Below, in pieces: positions 48,829-58,245 of a stretch of 64,000 nucleotides of DNA. Where the stretch lies: assembly GCA_964520325.1 (NCBI GenBank), contig CAZFOB010000017.1, positions 1,898 to 65,897 of the forward strand. Direction: 5' to 3'. The notes under the pieces were generated by a model. It was not told where the DNA came from and did no database searches. It worked only from the letters and a program-made list of their open reading frames with translations. This stretch comes from an uncultured Actinomycetes bacterium (GTDB lineage Bacteria; Actinomycetota; JAICYB01). Position numbers and translations under genes: made by a program. Each line of letters begins with the position of its first letter. The stretch's first letter is position 1.

Positions 48829-50079
48829 GTGGAGTACTACTCACGCGTTGTCGACGCCGAGCTGCTAGGCCGGCTTGGCGCTGCAGGCGCCGTAGTCGTC
48901 GAGGGTCCAAGGGCCTGCGGGAAAACCGCGACCGCGCGCCGAGTGGCGGCGAGCGAGGTCCTGCTCGACGTCAACCCTGATGCCCTGCTGGCAGCGACCG
49001 TTGATCCGGGCCTCGTGCTGGATGGCGCAACTCCGCGCCTGATCGATGAATGGCAGATCGAGCCGGCGATCTGGAACCACGTCAGGCGAGCGATCGACGA
49101 TCGACGAGCCGCCGGCCAGTTCGTACTCACGGGATCGGCCGCACCGCCGGACGACATCACGAGACACACAGGCGCGGGGAGGATCTCGCGCCTGCGGATG
49201 CGACCGATGAGCCTGTTCGAAACCAAACACGCGAGCGGTGATGTGTCGCTTGCGGAGTTGATGTCCGGGGGACGGGCGCGCAGCAAGGAGTCAACGCTCT
49301 CCGTGCGTGATGTGGTGGAGCGCATCGCGGTCGGAGGCTGGCCCGGGATGCTCGGTATGGGTGTCGACGACGCGCTGCGTGCGGTAGGTGACTACGTGAC
49401 CGAGATCGAACGTGTTGACATCGGTCGGGGTGACGGGGTGCGTCGGGAACCGCAGAAGGTAGGGCGCCTCTTGCGATCGCTCGCCCGCAACGTGGGGACG
49501 TACGCAGCCGCGACGACGCTCGCTGCAGACACGGGTGGACTCGAACCGGGCGTCGACGACGATACGGTCCGCGACTACCTGAGCGCTCTCGACCGGGTCT
49601 TCGTCGTAGAGGATCAGCCGGCTTGGGCCCCGCATCTGCGGTCGAGGTCGATGCTTCGGACGAAAGCCAAACGTCAGTTCGTCGACCCTTCGCTCGCCGT
49701 TGCTGCGCTTCGAGCAACACCCGAACGACTCCTGCGAGATCTGAGCTTCACTGGGTTCTTGTTCGAGGGAATGGTGATTCGCGACCTTCGGGTGTACGCG
49801 CAGTCTTTCGACGCTCAGGTTCTGCAGTACCGCGACAGTACGGGCCTAGAGATCGACGCGATCGTCGAGACGCGCGAAGGGAAATGGGGTGCCTTTGAAG
49901 TCAAGCTGGGGAGTCGCTTCATCGATGACGCTGCGCGCTCGCTCCTTCGTTTCGCAGATCGTGTCGACAGCGATCGGACCGGCCGGCCCGGAGTGCTTGG
50001 CGTGATCGTGCCCACTGGCTACGCATTTGTCCGATCCGATGGTGTGTCGGTCATCCCGATCGGTGCGCTTGGCCCTTGA
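48829..50079 (+). CDS. AAA-family ATPase (AAA_14 + DUF4143-like architecture)
   Basis: Walker A GPRACGKT. C-terminal DUF4143-like region. GTG start with GGGGAGAAG RBS. TGcTATATT extended -10 at 48796-48804. Confidence 0.65.
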   Translation: MEYYSRVVDAELLGRLGAAGAVVVEGPRACGKTATARRVAASEVLLDVNPDALLAATVDPGLVLDGATPRLIDEWQIEPAIWNHVRRAIDDRRAAGQFVLTGSAAPPDDITRHTGAGRISRLRMRPMSLFETKHASGDVSLAELMSGGRARSKESTLSVRDVVERIAVGGWPGMLGMGVDDALRAVGDYVTEIERVDIGRGDGVRREPQKVGRLLRSLARNVGTYAAATTLAADTGGLEPGVDDDTVRDYLSALDRVFVVEDQPAWAPHLRSRSMLRTKAKRQFVDPSLAVAALRATPERLLRDLSFTGFLFEGMVIRDLRVYAQSFDAQVLQYRDSTGLEIDAIVETREGKWGAFEVKLGSRFIDDAARSLLRFADRVDSDRTGRPGVLGVIVPTGYAFVRSDGVSVIPIGALGP

Positions 50080-50104
50080 CCATGTCATCGGTCGCGGCGA
50101 TAAT
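50076..50104 (+). promoter_or_regulatory. Candidate promoter (-35 TTGACC, 17-nt spacer, -10 GATAAT) for the serC-like/serA leader
   Basis: Read directly. The predicted transcription start lies 2-3 nt before the leader-ORF ATG at 50114 (leaderless). Confidence 0.45.
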
Positions 50105-50113
50105 GGTTGTCTG

Positions 50114-50146
50114 ATGACGTTCATGTACCGATCGAATTCGCCGTAA
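50114..50146 (+). other. Leader mini-ORF MTFMYRSNSP*
   Basis: The TAA stop abuts hairpin 1. Confidence 0.3.
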
Positions 50147-50209
50147 GCGAACCCCGCAACACGGGGTTCGCATCAGCCTCTCGTCGCGTCGCCGGCGAGG
50201 GGTTTTTTG
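50147..50209 (+). promoter_or_regulatory. Attenuator-like element: hairpin 1 GCGAACCCCG/CGGGGUUCGC, then terminator hairpin CCUCUCG…CGAGGGG + U6
   Basis: Read directly. Ends 31 nt before the aminotransferase ATG (RBS AAAGGAGG). Confidence 0.5.
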
Positions 50210-50240
50210 TTGAGATGAACAGACGCAAAGGAGGCTTCAG

Positions 50241-51404
50241 ATGGTATTGGAACGTCCCGAATACATCATGGCCCCCGGGCCTACCGAGGTACCACCCGAG
50301 GTTCTGCAGGCTCAGCTCGTTCTGCCGTACCACCGCGGCCCCCGCTTCGGTGCGGTCATCCAGGGCTGCATCGACGCACTGCAGCGGATCTTGTTCACGA
50401 AGAACGACGTTTTGCTCTACACCGGTTCCGGCTCGCTCGGGATGGAGTCGGCAGTCGTCAACCTCTTCTCACCCGGTGACCGCATCCTCGTGCTCGACAC
50501 GGGCAACTTCGGCGAGCGCTTCCGGAAGATCGCGCAGGTCTGGGGGATCGACGCCGTCGCGATCGAGTACGAGTGGGGCCACAACGCGCAACCTGCCGAC
50601 GTCGCAAAGGCATTGACGAACGATCCGTCCATCAAGGCGGTACTGTGCCAGCACTCCGAGACGTCGACCGGCATCGTGAACGACGTCGAGGCGCTCGGCG
50701 CCGTCGTGAAGGGCTCTTCCGCGCTGTTCGTGGTCGACGGGATCTCTGCCATCGGCGCGGCTCCGCTGCGCGTGGACGACTGGGGGATCGATGTCCTCAT
50801 CGGCGGTTCGCAGAAGGCGCTCATGACACCCCCCGGCATCGCGTTCCTCGCGGTGTCCGCCGCCGCGTGGAAGGCCAACGAAATAGCGAGCTGCCCCCGC
50901 TTCTACGCCGACTGGGCAACGACGAAGACGTCGCTCGACCTCGACCCGCCCGAGACGCCGTACACCCCGGCGGTCACGATCTTTGGCGCATTCCGCAAGG
51001 CGCTCGAGCTCGTCGAGAAGGAGGGCATCGAGGCGGCGTGGCAGCGACACGCGCTGCTCGGGAAGGCATGTCGCGAAGGCGTGAAGGCGATCGGTCTCGA
51101 CATACAGACACAGGACGCCGAGCGCGCATGCGTGCTGACGGCCGTCGTTGCTCCCGAGGGCCTGGACGGAGCAACGATCTCCAAGCACATGCGTCAGATG
51201 CACGGCATCGTGCTTGCGCCGGGACAGGGTCGCCTGAAGGGCAAGATCTTCCGGATCGGACACTGCGGCTATTACGCTCCTCGCGACATCCTCATGGGAC
51301 TCGCGTGCCTCGAGGCCACGCTGCAGACGCTCGGCTACCCGGTGAAGGAAGGCGCAGCCACGAGTGCCGCGGCGAGCGTGTTCCGGGAGGCCGGCGCCGC
51401 ATGA
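50241..51404 (+). CDS. Class V PLP aminotransferase (serine-glyoxylate / phosphoserine aminotransferase-like)
   Basis: Class V fold (…GGSQKALM… lysine region). Stop overlaps the serA ATG (ATGA). Confidence 0.8.
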   Translation: MVLERPEYIMAPGPTEVPPEVLQAQLVLPYHRGPRFGAVIQGCIDALQRILFTKNDVLLYTGSGSLGMESAVVNLFSPGDRILVLDTGNFGERFRKIAQVWGIDAVAIEYEWGHNAQPADVAKALTNDPSIKAVLCQHSETSTGIVNDVEALGAVVKGSSALFVVDGISAIGAAPLRVDDWGIDVLIGGSQKALMTPPGIAFLAVSAAAWKANEIASCPRFYADWATTKTSLDLDPPETPYTPAVTIFGAFRKALELVEKEGIEAAWQRHALLGKACREGVKAIGLDIQTQDAERACVLTAVVAPEGLDGATISKHMRQMHGIVLAPGQGRLKGKIFRIGHCGYYAPRDILMGLACLEATLQTLGYPVKEGAATSAAASVFREAGAA

Positions 51405-53008
51405 CGGAAGTCAACCAGCCTCGGGTGCTGATCAGCGAAAAGATCGCCGATGCCGGCGTGGCTCTGCTTGTTGATGCCGGGATCGATGTGGACGTGCGCA
51501 CGGGGATGTCCGCTGAGGAGCTCCTCGCAACGATCGGCGACTACAACGGACTGATCGTTCGTTCCGCGACGTTGGTCACCAAGGAGGTGATCGATGCGGG
51601 CGAGCGTCTTCAGGTCGTGGGCCGCGCCGGCATCGGTGTCGACAACGTCGATGTCGATGCGGCAACGCGGCGTGGCATCGTCGTACTGAACACACCGCAG
51701 GGCAACATCGTCTCAACGGCTGAGCACACAGTCGGTCTCATCCTCGCGCTCGCCAAGAAGATCCCCGCAGCCGATGCCAGCTTGCGCTCCGGCCGATGGG
51801 AGAAGTCGAAGTTCGTTGGGATCGAGCTTCAGGACAAGACGCTCGGCATCATCGGGTTCGGTCGTGTCGGAACCCTCGTCGCTCAACGCTGCCATGCGCT
51901 TGGGATGCACGTGATCGCGCGCGACCAGTTCGTCTCCGCGCAACGCTTCCAGCGCGCCGGCGTCGAGCAGGTCGAGCTCGATGAGCTGCTCGAGCGTGCC
52001 GACGTCATCTCGCTGCACGTCGTGATGACCCCCGACACCAAGCACATGCTCGGCGAGACCGAGCTCGAGCGGTGCAAGCCCGGCGTGCTGATCGTCAACG
52101 CCTCTCGGGGCGGCGTCATCGATGAGGACGCTCTCGCGCGTGCCATCAAAGCGGGTCGAGTCGGCGGTGCCGGACTCGACGTATTCGAGACCGAGCCGCT
52201 CACCGCTTCGCCGCTCTTCGATCTTCCCGAAGTCGTCATCACGCCGCACATCGCCGGCCAGACGGCCGACGCTCAGGACAAGTCGGGTGTCATCGCGGCC
52301 GAGCAAGTGCTACTTGCGTTACGCGGTGAGTTCGTACCGAATGCGGTGAACCTCGACGCGAGCGGCGAGCTCTCGGAGTTCTTGCGTCCGTATCTGACGC
52401 TCGCGTCCAAGCTCGGACGTCTCGCGGGAGCGCTGGCGGGCGAGAAGGTGACCGAGATCGAGGTCGCCTACCTCGGCCAGGTCGGCGAGGAGGACACCCG
52501 CGTGCTCACGCTGTCGGTCCTGCGTGGGTTCCTTCAGCCGGCGTTGCACGAGCCTGTGACCTATGTGAACGCACCGATCTTGGCGGCCGATCGCGGTATC
52601 GGATACACCGAGCGCAAGTCCGCGGCCCCCGAGGAGTACCTGAACCTCGTCCGTGTCACAGTCCGTCGCGAGGACCAGGCCGTGAGCGTCGGGGGGATCC
52701 TCACGCGCAAGGCGAATATCGCGCACCTTGTCGAAGTCGACGGCCGCACGCTCGGCATCGACTTCTCGCGCTACATGGCCCTGTTCCGCTACGGAGACAA
52801 ACCGGGTGTCGTCCACAACATCTCGGGCCCCCTGGCCGAGGCGGGGATCAGTATCAAGAACATGTACGTCGGCGAGCCGCCTGCGTCGGGCGAGGACGCG
52901 ATCCTGGTCCTGTCCGTCGATGCGCCGATCCCGACCGACGTCTTCGACGAGATGATGCGTGCTGCCGGCATCGCCTCCGGACGCTTCGTCAGCCTCGACG
53001 GCGACTGA
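51401..53008 (+). CDS. serA: D-3-phosphoglycerate dehydrogenase with C-terminal ACT domain
   Basis: NAD-binding GIIGFGRVG. Catalytic R/E/H context. ACT tail. Confidence 0.9.
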   Translation: MTEVNQPRVLISEKIADAGVALLVDAGIDVDVRTGMSAEELLATIGDYNGLIVRSATLVTKEVIDAGERLQVVGRAGIGVDNVDVDAATRRGIVVLNTPQGNIVSTAEHTVGLILALAKKIPAADASLRSGRWEKSKFVGIELQDKTLGIIGFGRVGTLVAQRCHALGMHVIARDQFVSAQRFQRAGVEQVELDELLERADVISLHVVMTPDTKHMLGETELERCKPGVLIVNASRGGVIDEDALARAIKAGRVGGAGLDVFETEPLTASPLFDLPEVVITPHIAGQTADAQDKSGVIAAEQVLLALRGEFVPNAVNLDASGELSEFLRPYLTLASKLGRLAGALAGEKVTEIEVAYLGQVGEEDTRVLTLSVLRGFLQPALHEPVTYVNAPILAADRGIGYTERKSAAPEEYLNLVRVTVRREDQAVSVGGILTRKANIAHLVEVDGRTLGIDFSRYMALFRYGDKPGVVHNISGPLAEAGISIKNMYVGEPPASGEDAILVLSVDAPIPTDVFDEMMRAAGIASGRFVSLDGD

Positions 53009-53146
53009 GTTCCCCAAAGCCTGTTAAGGTCGTTGTCCAGTCATGAAGAACCTGTTTCGCCTCGTCCTTAGTTGCCCTCGGACCGGCCTGTAGCCGGCCC
53101 GGGGGTCACGCAGTACCTCCACTTCGATAGGACGAAGGAGTACCTG

Positions 53147-54688
53147 ATGGACAAGGTCTTCATCTTCGACACAACACTGCGGGACGGCGAGCAGTCGCCC
53201 GGCATCGCGCTCAACGCCAAAGAGAAGCTCGAGATCGCCGAGCAGCTCGCGCGTCTGCAGGTCGACATCATCGAGGCCGGGTTCCCGATCACCTCGCAGG
53301 GCGATTTCGACGCAGTGCGGGGGATCGCCGAGAACGTCAAGGGCCCGCAGATCTGCGCGCTCGCCCGGGCCTCCGATCTCGACATCGACCGGGCATGGGA
53401 AGCGATCAAGGACGCACGCGACCCGCGTATCCACGTGTTCCTCTCGACCTCCGACATCCATCGCAAGTACATGCTCGAAGCCACGGAAGAGGAGATCGTC
53501 GCTCAGGCCGTCGCCGGTGTGAAGCGTGCGAAGAGCTACACGCCCAACATCGAGTTCTCGCCCCAGGACGCAACGCGCACCGACAGCGATTTCCTCTGCG
53601 AGGTCGTGCGCGCAACGATCGAGGCCGGCGCGACGACGATCAACATCCCCGACACCGTCGGTTACACGCTTCCGCACGAGTTCGAGGAGCTGATCTCCTA
53701 CGTGTACGAGCGGGTGCCTGCGCTCAACGACGTGATCCTCTCAGTGCACTGCCACAACGACCTCGGCCTGGCTGTGGCGAACTCGCTCGCCGCCGTGCGG
53801 GTCGGCGCCCGCCAGGTCGAAGTTGCGGTGAACGGTCTCGGCGAGCGAGCGGGCAACTGTTCGATGGAGGAGGTCGTCATGGCGCTCAAGACACGGCGGG
53901 ACCTCCTGTGGTTCGACATCGGTGTGAACACGCGCGAGATCGCGCGGACGTCACGCATGGTGTCGTTGCTCACCGGCTATGCGGTGCAGCCGAACAAGGC
54001 CATCGTCGGCGCGAACGCTTTCGCGCACGAATCGGGCATCCATCAGCACGGCGTCCTGCAAGACAGACAGACCTACGAGATCATGAACGCCGAAGAGATC
54101 GGCTATGAGGGCGGAAAGATCGTCCTCGGCAAGCACTCCGGACGCCACGCCTTCACGGCCGAGCTCGAGAAGATGGGGTACGAACTCTCTCGCGAGGAGA
54201 TGCAGCGCGCGTTCGAGCGGTTCAAGGAGATGGCCGACCGGAAGATCCAGATCAGTGACTCCGACATAGAGGCCATCGTCGCCGACGAGATGCGCACGGC
54301 CGAAGACATCTGGGAGCTGGCGGCGCTCGAGGTCAGGGGCGGCACCGGTGTCGAGTCCCGCGCGACGGTGAAGATCCGCACGCCGGATGGTCAGATCGTC
54401 GAGGAGTCGGCGTCCGGCGACGGCATGATCGACGCCGCTTGCGGAGCCATCAGCCGCGCCACCGGAGTGGACGCACGACTTGCGGCCTTCTCGGTCGGTG
54501 CGGTCACGGCGGGGACCGATGCTCTGGGTGACGTCACCGTGCAGGTTGACGTCGAGAGCGATAGATATACCGGCCGCGGGGTATCAACGGATGTAGTCGA
54601 AGCGTCGGCACGTGCGTTCCTGAATGCGATCAACCGGGCCACGCGGCTCGGGCGCCGGGAACGCTCCGCCGACGCGCCCGGACCGTAG
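53147..54688 (+). CDS. leuA: 2-isopropylmalate synthase (short form)
   Basis: FDTTLRDGEQSPG. HCHNDLGLAVANSLAAV. C-terminal LeuA dimerisation domain. Confidence 0.9.
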   Translation: MDKVFIFDTTLRDGEQSPGIALNAKEKLEIAEQLARLQVDIIEAGFPITSQGDFDAVRGIAENVKGPQICALARASDLDIDRAWEAIKDARDPRIHVFLSTSDIHRKYMLEATEEEIVAQAVAGVKRAKSYTPNIEFSPQDATRTDSDFLCEVVRATIEAGATTINIPDTVGYTLPHEFEELISYVYERVPALNDVILSVHCHNDLGLAVANSLAAVRVGARQVEVAVNGLGERAGNCSMEEVVMALKTRRDLLWFDIGVNTREIARTSRMVSLLTGYAVQPNKAIVGANAFAHESGIHQHGVLQDRQTYEIMNAEEIGYEGGKIVLGKHSGRHAFTAELEKMGYELSREEMQRAFERFKEMADRKIQISDSDIEAIVADEMRTAEDIWELAALEVRGGTGVESRATVKIRTPDGQIVEESASGDGMIDAACGAISRATGVDARLAAFSVGAVTAGTDALGDVTVQVDVESDRYTGRGVSTDVVEASARAFLNAINRATRLGRRERSADAPGP

Positions 54689-54706
54689 GCAAGAGGGAGG
54701 CAACGG

Positions 54707-54994
54707 ATGTCCAAGATCGAGGAACTGCGCGGCAAGATTCCGCCCAAGGTCGAGCGGCGCGTTGACCAGGCCGTCGAGACGTTCCGAGAGAACCACAGGC
54801 ATCCGGCCAACCTTGCGCTTCACGCGGCCGGGTACTACTCGATCCTCAAGGGCATCGCGCGGTTCTTCCGCGGCAAGCGGTTCCGTGCGGTCACGCTCGT
54901 GCTGTTCGGCCTCGGCATGGTCATCGCCGGACACGAGATCGAGGGGACCGACGCATTCGCGATCCTCAAGGGCTCCAACGGCCACGCGAAGTAG
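54707..54994 (+). CDS. Small membrane protein (95 aa, hypothetical)
   Basis: Two hydrophobic helices. Short distance after leuA suggests co-transcription. Confidence 0.45.
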   Translation: MSKIEELRGKIPPKVERRVDQAVETFRENHRHPANLALHAAGYYSILKGIARFFRGKRFRAVTLVLFGLGMVIAGHEIEGTDAFAILKGSNGHAK

Positions 54995-55005
54995 CCCCGA
55001 ACTGC

Positions 55006-55049
55006 GAGAGCCCGGTCTTTCGACCGGGCTCTCGTTGTGTTTCTGTATT
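55006..55049 (+). terminator. Rho-independent terminator
   Basis: Perfect 12-bp stem GAGAGCCCGGTC/GACCGGGCTCTC with loop TTTC, followed by GTTGTGTTTCTGTATT. Confidence 0.65.
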
Positions 55050-55293
55050 CACCTCGCTGCCAACTTTCCCGGTCGACCCGCCCGGGTGGCGCTCGAGGTC
55101 GGTGGTCTGATGAGATTCCGCCGCGGCTGCGACGAAACCGGAGGTGGCTCCCAAACGAGAGGGGACCCCTCCGCAGGCAGCCCTAGCAGTCAGCCACCTC
55201 GAGGGTCGAATTCGGTTTCAAAATCGGACCACCTCCTTTCTCTCGTGCCACGAATATACATTCCGCGTCCAGGGGTTGTAGCGTCTCTTCGCG

Positions 55294-56094
55294 ATGCCCG
55301 ATCATTCCGTCGTCGAGCTGCAGGTGATGGCCTTCGAAGCGCTCGCCGACCTCTGTGAGTCGCTCACCCCCGCGCAATGGTCGATGGACACCGACTGTCC
55401 CGGGTGGAACGTCCAGGACAACATCTCCCACATCGTCGGCACGGAATCGACCCTCCTCGGCCGCCAAGCTCCGGCCCACGATCCCGGCGAGAAGGACTGG
55501 ATCAAGAATCCGATCGGGGCGAACAACGAGGTCCACGTGGACTACCGGCGTTCTTGGTCCGCCCAGCAGGTGCTCGAGGAGTACCGTGAGGTCATCGGCG
55601 AGCGCATCGGAGCGATCCGCTCCGTGTCTGAGGACGATCTGGACGCCGAATCGTGGACGCCCATCGGTCCCGGCAAGGTCCGCGACCTGCTCGCCATCCG
55701 CATCATGGACGTCTGGGTGCACGAGCAGGACATCCGCAGGGCGACGGGTAACCCCGGTGGCCTGGAGGGCCCGGTGGCTTCACACGTGTTCTCCCGACAC
55801 CAGAGCGCCATCCCCTTCGTCGTGGGCAAGAAGGCCGGTGCAGCCGACGGCAGCACGGTCGTGTTCGACGTCGTTGGTCAGGAGCCGTTCGCCGTTGGCG
55901 TCGAGACAAAGCGCGCGAGCCTGCTCGATGTATTGCCGGCTTCGCCGGACGTGACGCTCTCGATGGATCTCGAGACCTTCAGTCGTCTGTGCACCGGACG
56001 AGGGGATGTCGACGCGCTCGCGAAGACGGTGACCGTCGAAGGCGATCAGGAACTGGGCTTGCGCGTGCTGGCCGAACAGAACTTCATGATCTGA
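55294..56094 (+). CDS. Maleylpyruvate-isomerase N-terminal (DinB-like, mycothiol-dependent family) domain protein
   Basis: DinB_2/MDMPI-like N-terminus (…WSMDTDCPGWNVQDNISHIVG…). Confidence 0.65.
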   Translation: MPDHSVVELQVMAFEALADLCESLTPAQWSMDTDCPGWNVQDNISHIVGTESTLLGRQAPAHDPGEKDWIKNPIGANNEVHVDYRRSWSAQQVLEEYREVIGERIGAIRSVSEDDLDAESWTPIGPGKVRDLLAIRIMDVWVHEQDIRRATGNPGGLEGPVASHVFSRHQSAIPFVVGKKAGAADGSTVVFDVVGQEPFAVGVETKRASLLDVLPASPDVTLSMDLETFSRLCTGRGDVDALAKTVTVEGDQELGLRVLAEQNFMI

Positions 56095-56099
56095 GGAGG

Positions 56100-57749
56100 C
56101 TAGCCGCCGGCGGCGCCGAACCTGTCGGTCGGCTCGCTACGGCCCTGGATCCCTATGGCGTTTTGGCTCCACAGGTCGGCATCTCTCGTTGACAACGGAC
56201 CGACCGCGGCGCCGTACAGCACGTGGAGCACGCCGGCGTCCACTGCGCTGCCCGTGTCCTCGAGCGGCACACCGATCGCGAGGTCGGCGCCGTTGGCTGC
56301 GTCGTAGTTGCCGGAGACGAGCGATCCGCCGAAGAGGTCGCCGGTCTCGGCTTCGCCGGGCATCTTCGGTGAGGCCTGACTGAAGAACTGGTTCGGTCCG
56401 ATCGAGGGATCGAGGTTGGTGCCGTCGCTGTAGATGACGTGGACGCCGCCGACGTTGTTTGCGTTGCCGATGTCTTCTCCACGGACGCCGATAGCCATGT
56501 CCGCTGCGCCGTTGTTGTCGAAGTCATTGACCGTCACCGTCGAGCCGAACTCGTCACTGGCTTCGCGCGCGCCGAATACCGCGCCGCGCGCTGCACCGGC
56601 CTTGCCCTGGAACCACTCCTCACCACGTCCGACGAACCCCTCTTCCGAGCCGAGCACCACATCGACGGCGCCGCTGTTGTTAACGAGGTCCCCGGGAACG
56701 CCGATCACGAGGTCGTCGTAGCGGGCCGGCGCGGTGGCGACGGGATCGAAGTCGCCGGAGGCGAGCGAGAATCCGAAAAGCTCGTCGTCGAAGCCATCGC
56801 GCTCGCGGAAGATCGTGTCTTGGTTGATCACGTCGGCCTTGGTGCGATCGAGGCCGGTCGGTCCGCCGAGCACCGTGTGCACGACGCCTTCGTCCGCGTG
56901 CACGCCGACGTCCTCGAAGGGGACGCCGATCGCGAGGTCGTCTTCGCCCCTGTTGTCGAAGTTGCCACTCGTCAACGCGAACCCGAAGCGGTCACCCGGT
57001 TCGGGGTCGCCGTCGAAGCCCGGCGTGTCCTGCGTGAACTGGTTCTGTGTCGCACCGCTCAAGCCGCTTTGGGGATCGCCGAGCAGCAGAGCCACCGCCC
57101 CGGCATCGCGCCTGCTGCCGATGTCCTCGTCGGGGATCCCGATCGCGAGGTCGGATGCACCGTCGTCGTTGTAGTCGCCCGCGGAGAGTGCCGCGCCGAA
57201 GTGATCGCCGGCCTCGGAGGCGCCTTCGAGTCCGCCGGCTCCCTGACGCAATGATTGCGAGCCGGTCGTGCGCAGGCCGCTGCCGGTTCCGTAGAGGACG
57301 AAGACGAAACCCGCATCCGGCGAACCGCCGGTGTCCTCGCTGGAGGCACCGATCGCGAGGTCGTCGAAACCGTCGGCATCGAAGTCGCCGACCGCGAGGG
57401 CGTCCCCGAACTGGTCGCCGGCTTCCGCCACCCCGTCGACGAGGCCCGCGGTGTTCTGGTGGAACAGTTGATCGTCCGATGAGCGCAGTCCCGAGCTGCC
57501 GCCGTAGAGCACATGCACCGCGCCCGCTTCGCGGATGCTGCCGATGGCCTCGCCCGGCGCACCGATCGCGAGGTCACCGAAACCGTCGCCGTCGAAGTCG
57601 GCCCACTGATAGCCAGCGGATCCACCGGCCACGGCGTGGCTGGGAGTGGACGGAAGTAATGCGACAACGACGCCCAGAACCATGCCGATAGCCGGCGCGA
57701 TCCAACGCAGGGCGTTCCGGCGTGCTTGTACAAGGGGACGCGAGCGCAT
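56100..57749 (-). CDS. Secreted FG-GAP repeat protein (integrin-alpha-like beta-propeller)
   Basis: Signal peptide, then about 7 FG-GAP/Ca-binding repeats (DFDGDGFGDLAIG, DFDADGFDDLAIG, DYNDDGASDLAIG…). Confidence 0.75.
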   Translation of the reverse strand: MRSRPLVQARRNALRWIAPAIGMVLGVVVALLPSTPSHAVAGGSAGYQWADFDGDGFGDLAIGAPGEAIGSIREAGAVHVLYGGSSGLRSSDDQLFHQNTAGLVDGVAEAGDQFGDALAVGDFDADGFDDLAIGASSEDTGGSPDAGFVFVLYGTGSGLRTTGSQSLRQGAGGLEGASEAGDHFGAALSAGDYNDDGASDLAIGIPDEDIGSRRDAGAVALLLGDPQSGLSGATQNQFTQDTPGFDGDPEPGDRFGFALTSGNFDNRGEDDLAIGVPFEDVGVHADEGVVHTVLGGPTGLDRTKADVINQDTIFRERDGFDDELFGFSLASGDFDPVATAPARYDDLVIGVPGDLVNNSGAVDVVLGSEEGFVGRGEEWFQGKAGAARGAVFGAREASDEFGSTVTVNDFDNNGAADMAIGVRGEDIGNANNVGGVHVIYSDGTNLDPSIGPNQFFSQASPKMPGEAETGDLFGGSLVSGNYDAANGADLAIGVPLEDTGSAVDAGVLHVLYGAAVGPLSTRDADLWSQNAIGIQGRSEPTDRFGAAGG

Positions 57750-57804
57750 CGGTCCATTGTCAGGGACAAGCGGCTTTTTGGCTGCGAATCGACGAACCCG
57801 CTGG

Positions 57805-58176
57805 TCAGGCCGTGGTTTGGGTGATCCACGCCTGCATGTCGAAGTAGTCGCGCCACGCGGCGATCTTTCCATCGCGGATCTCGAAGGTCCCCATGACGGG
57901 CAGAGCGACGCTTCTCTCGCCCATCTGGAAGCGGTCGATGCGTTCAGTCAGGACCGTATTTTCGGCGCTCGAGGCGATCCTCAGGATCTCGAACTCGATC
58001 GAGCTCGACGCCGGCACGAAGAGGCTGAGCATGTTGCGGATCTGCTCGTGTCCTACGGCCGGATCGATGGGCACGTTGTGGTAGACGGCGTCGGCGGTGA
58101 AGAAGGAGAGCAGCTCGTCGACGTCACGCCGGCTCCACGCTTCGCAGAAGCTCGTGACGACGTCCTCGGGGCTCAT
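57805..58176 (-). CDS. SnoaL-like / NTF2-fold protein
   Basis: 123 aa, SnoaL-like pattern (VTSFCEAWSRRDVDELLSFFTADAVYHNVP…). Confidence 0.65.
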   Translation of the reverse strand: MSPEDVVTSFCEAWSRRDVDELLSFFTADAVYHNVPIDPAVGHEQIRNMLSLFVPASSSIEFEILRIASSAENTVLTERIDRFQMGERSVALPVMGTFEIRDGKIAAWRDYFDMQAWITQTTA

Positions 58177-58245
58177 AGCTGTCTCACCTTGGCCTCACCT
58201 TACCCGGTGGCGGGCGCCTCCGACCTCTGCGATACTTATCTCATC

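Noticed and set aside
55110-55170. Hammerhead ribozyme (CUGAUGAG … CGAAAC spaced 18 nt).
   Set aside because: The intervening 18 nt (AUUCCGCCGCGGCUGCGA) cannot form a proper stem II. No convincing stem I/III with a GUH cleavage site was found. The conserved heptamer is expected by chance a few times in 64 kb.
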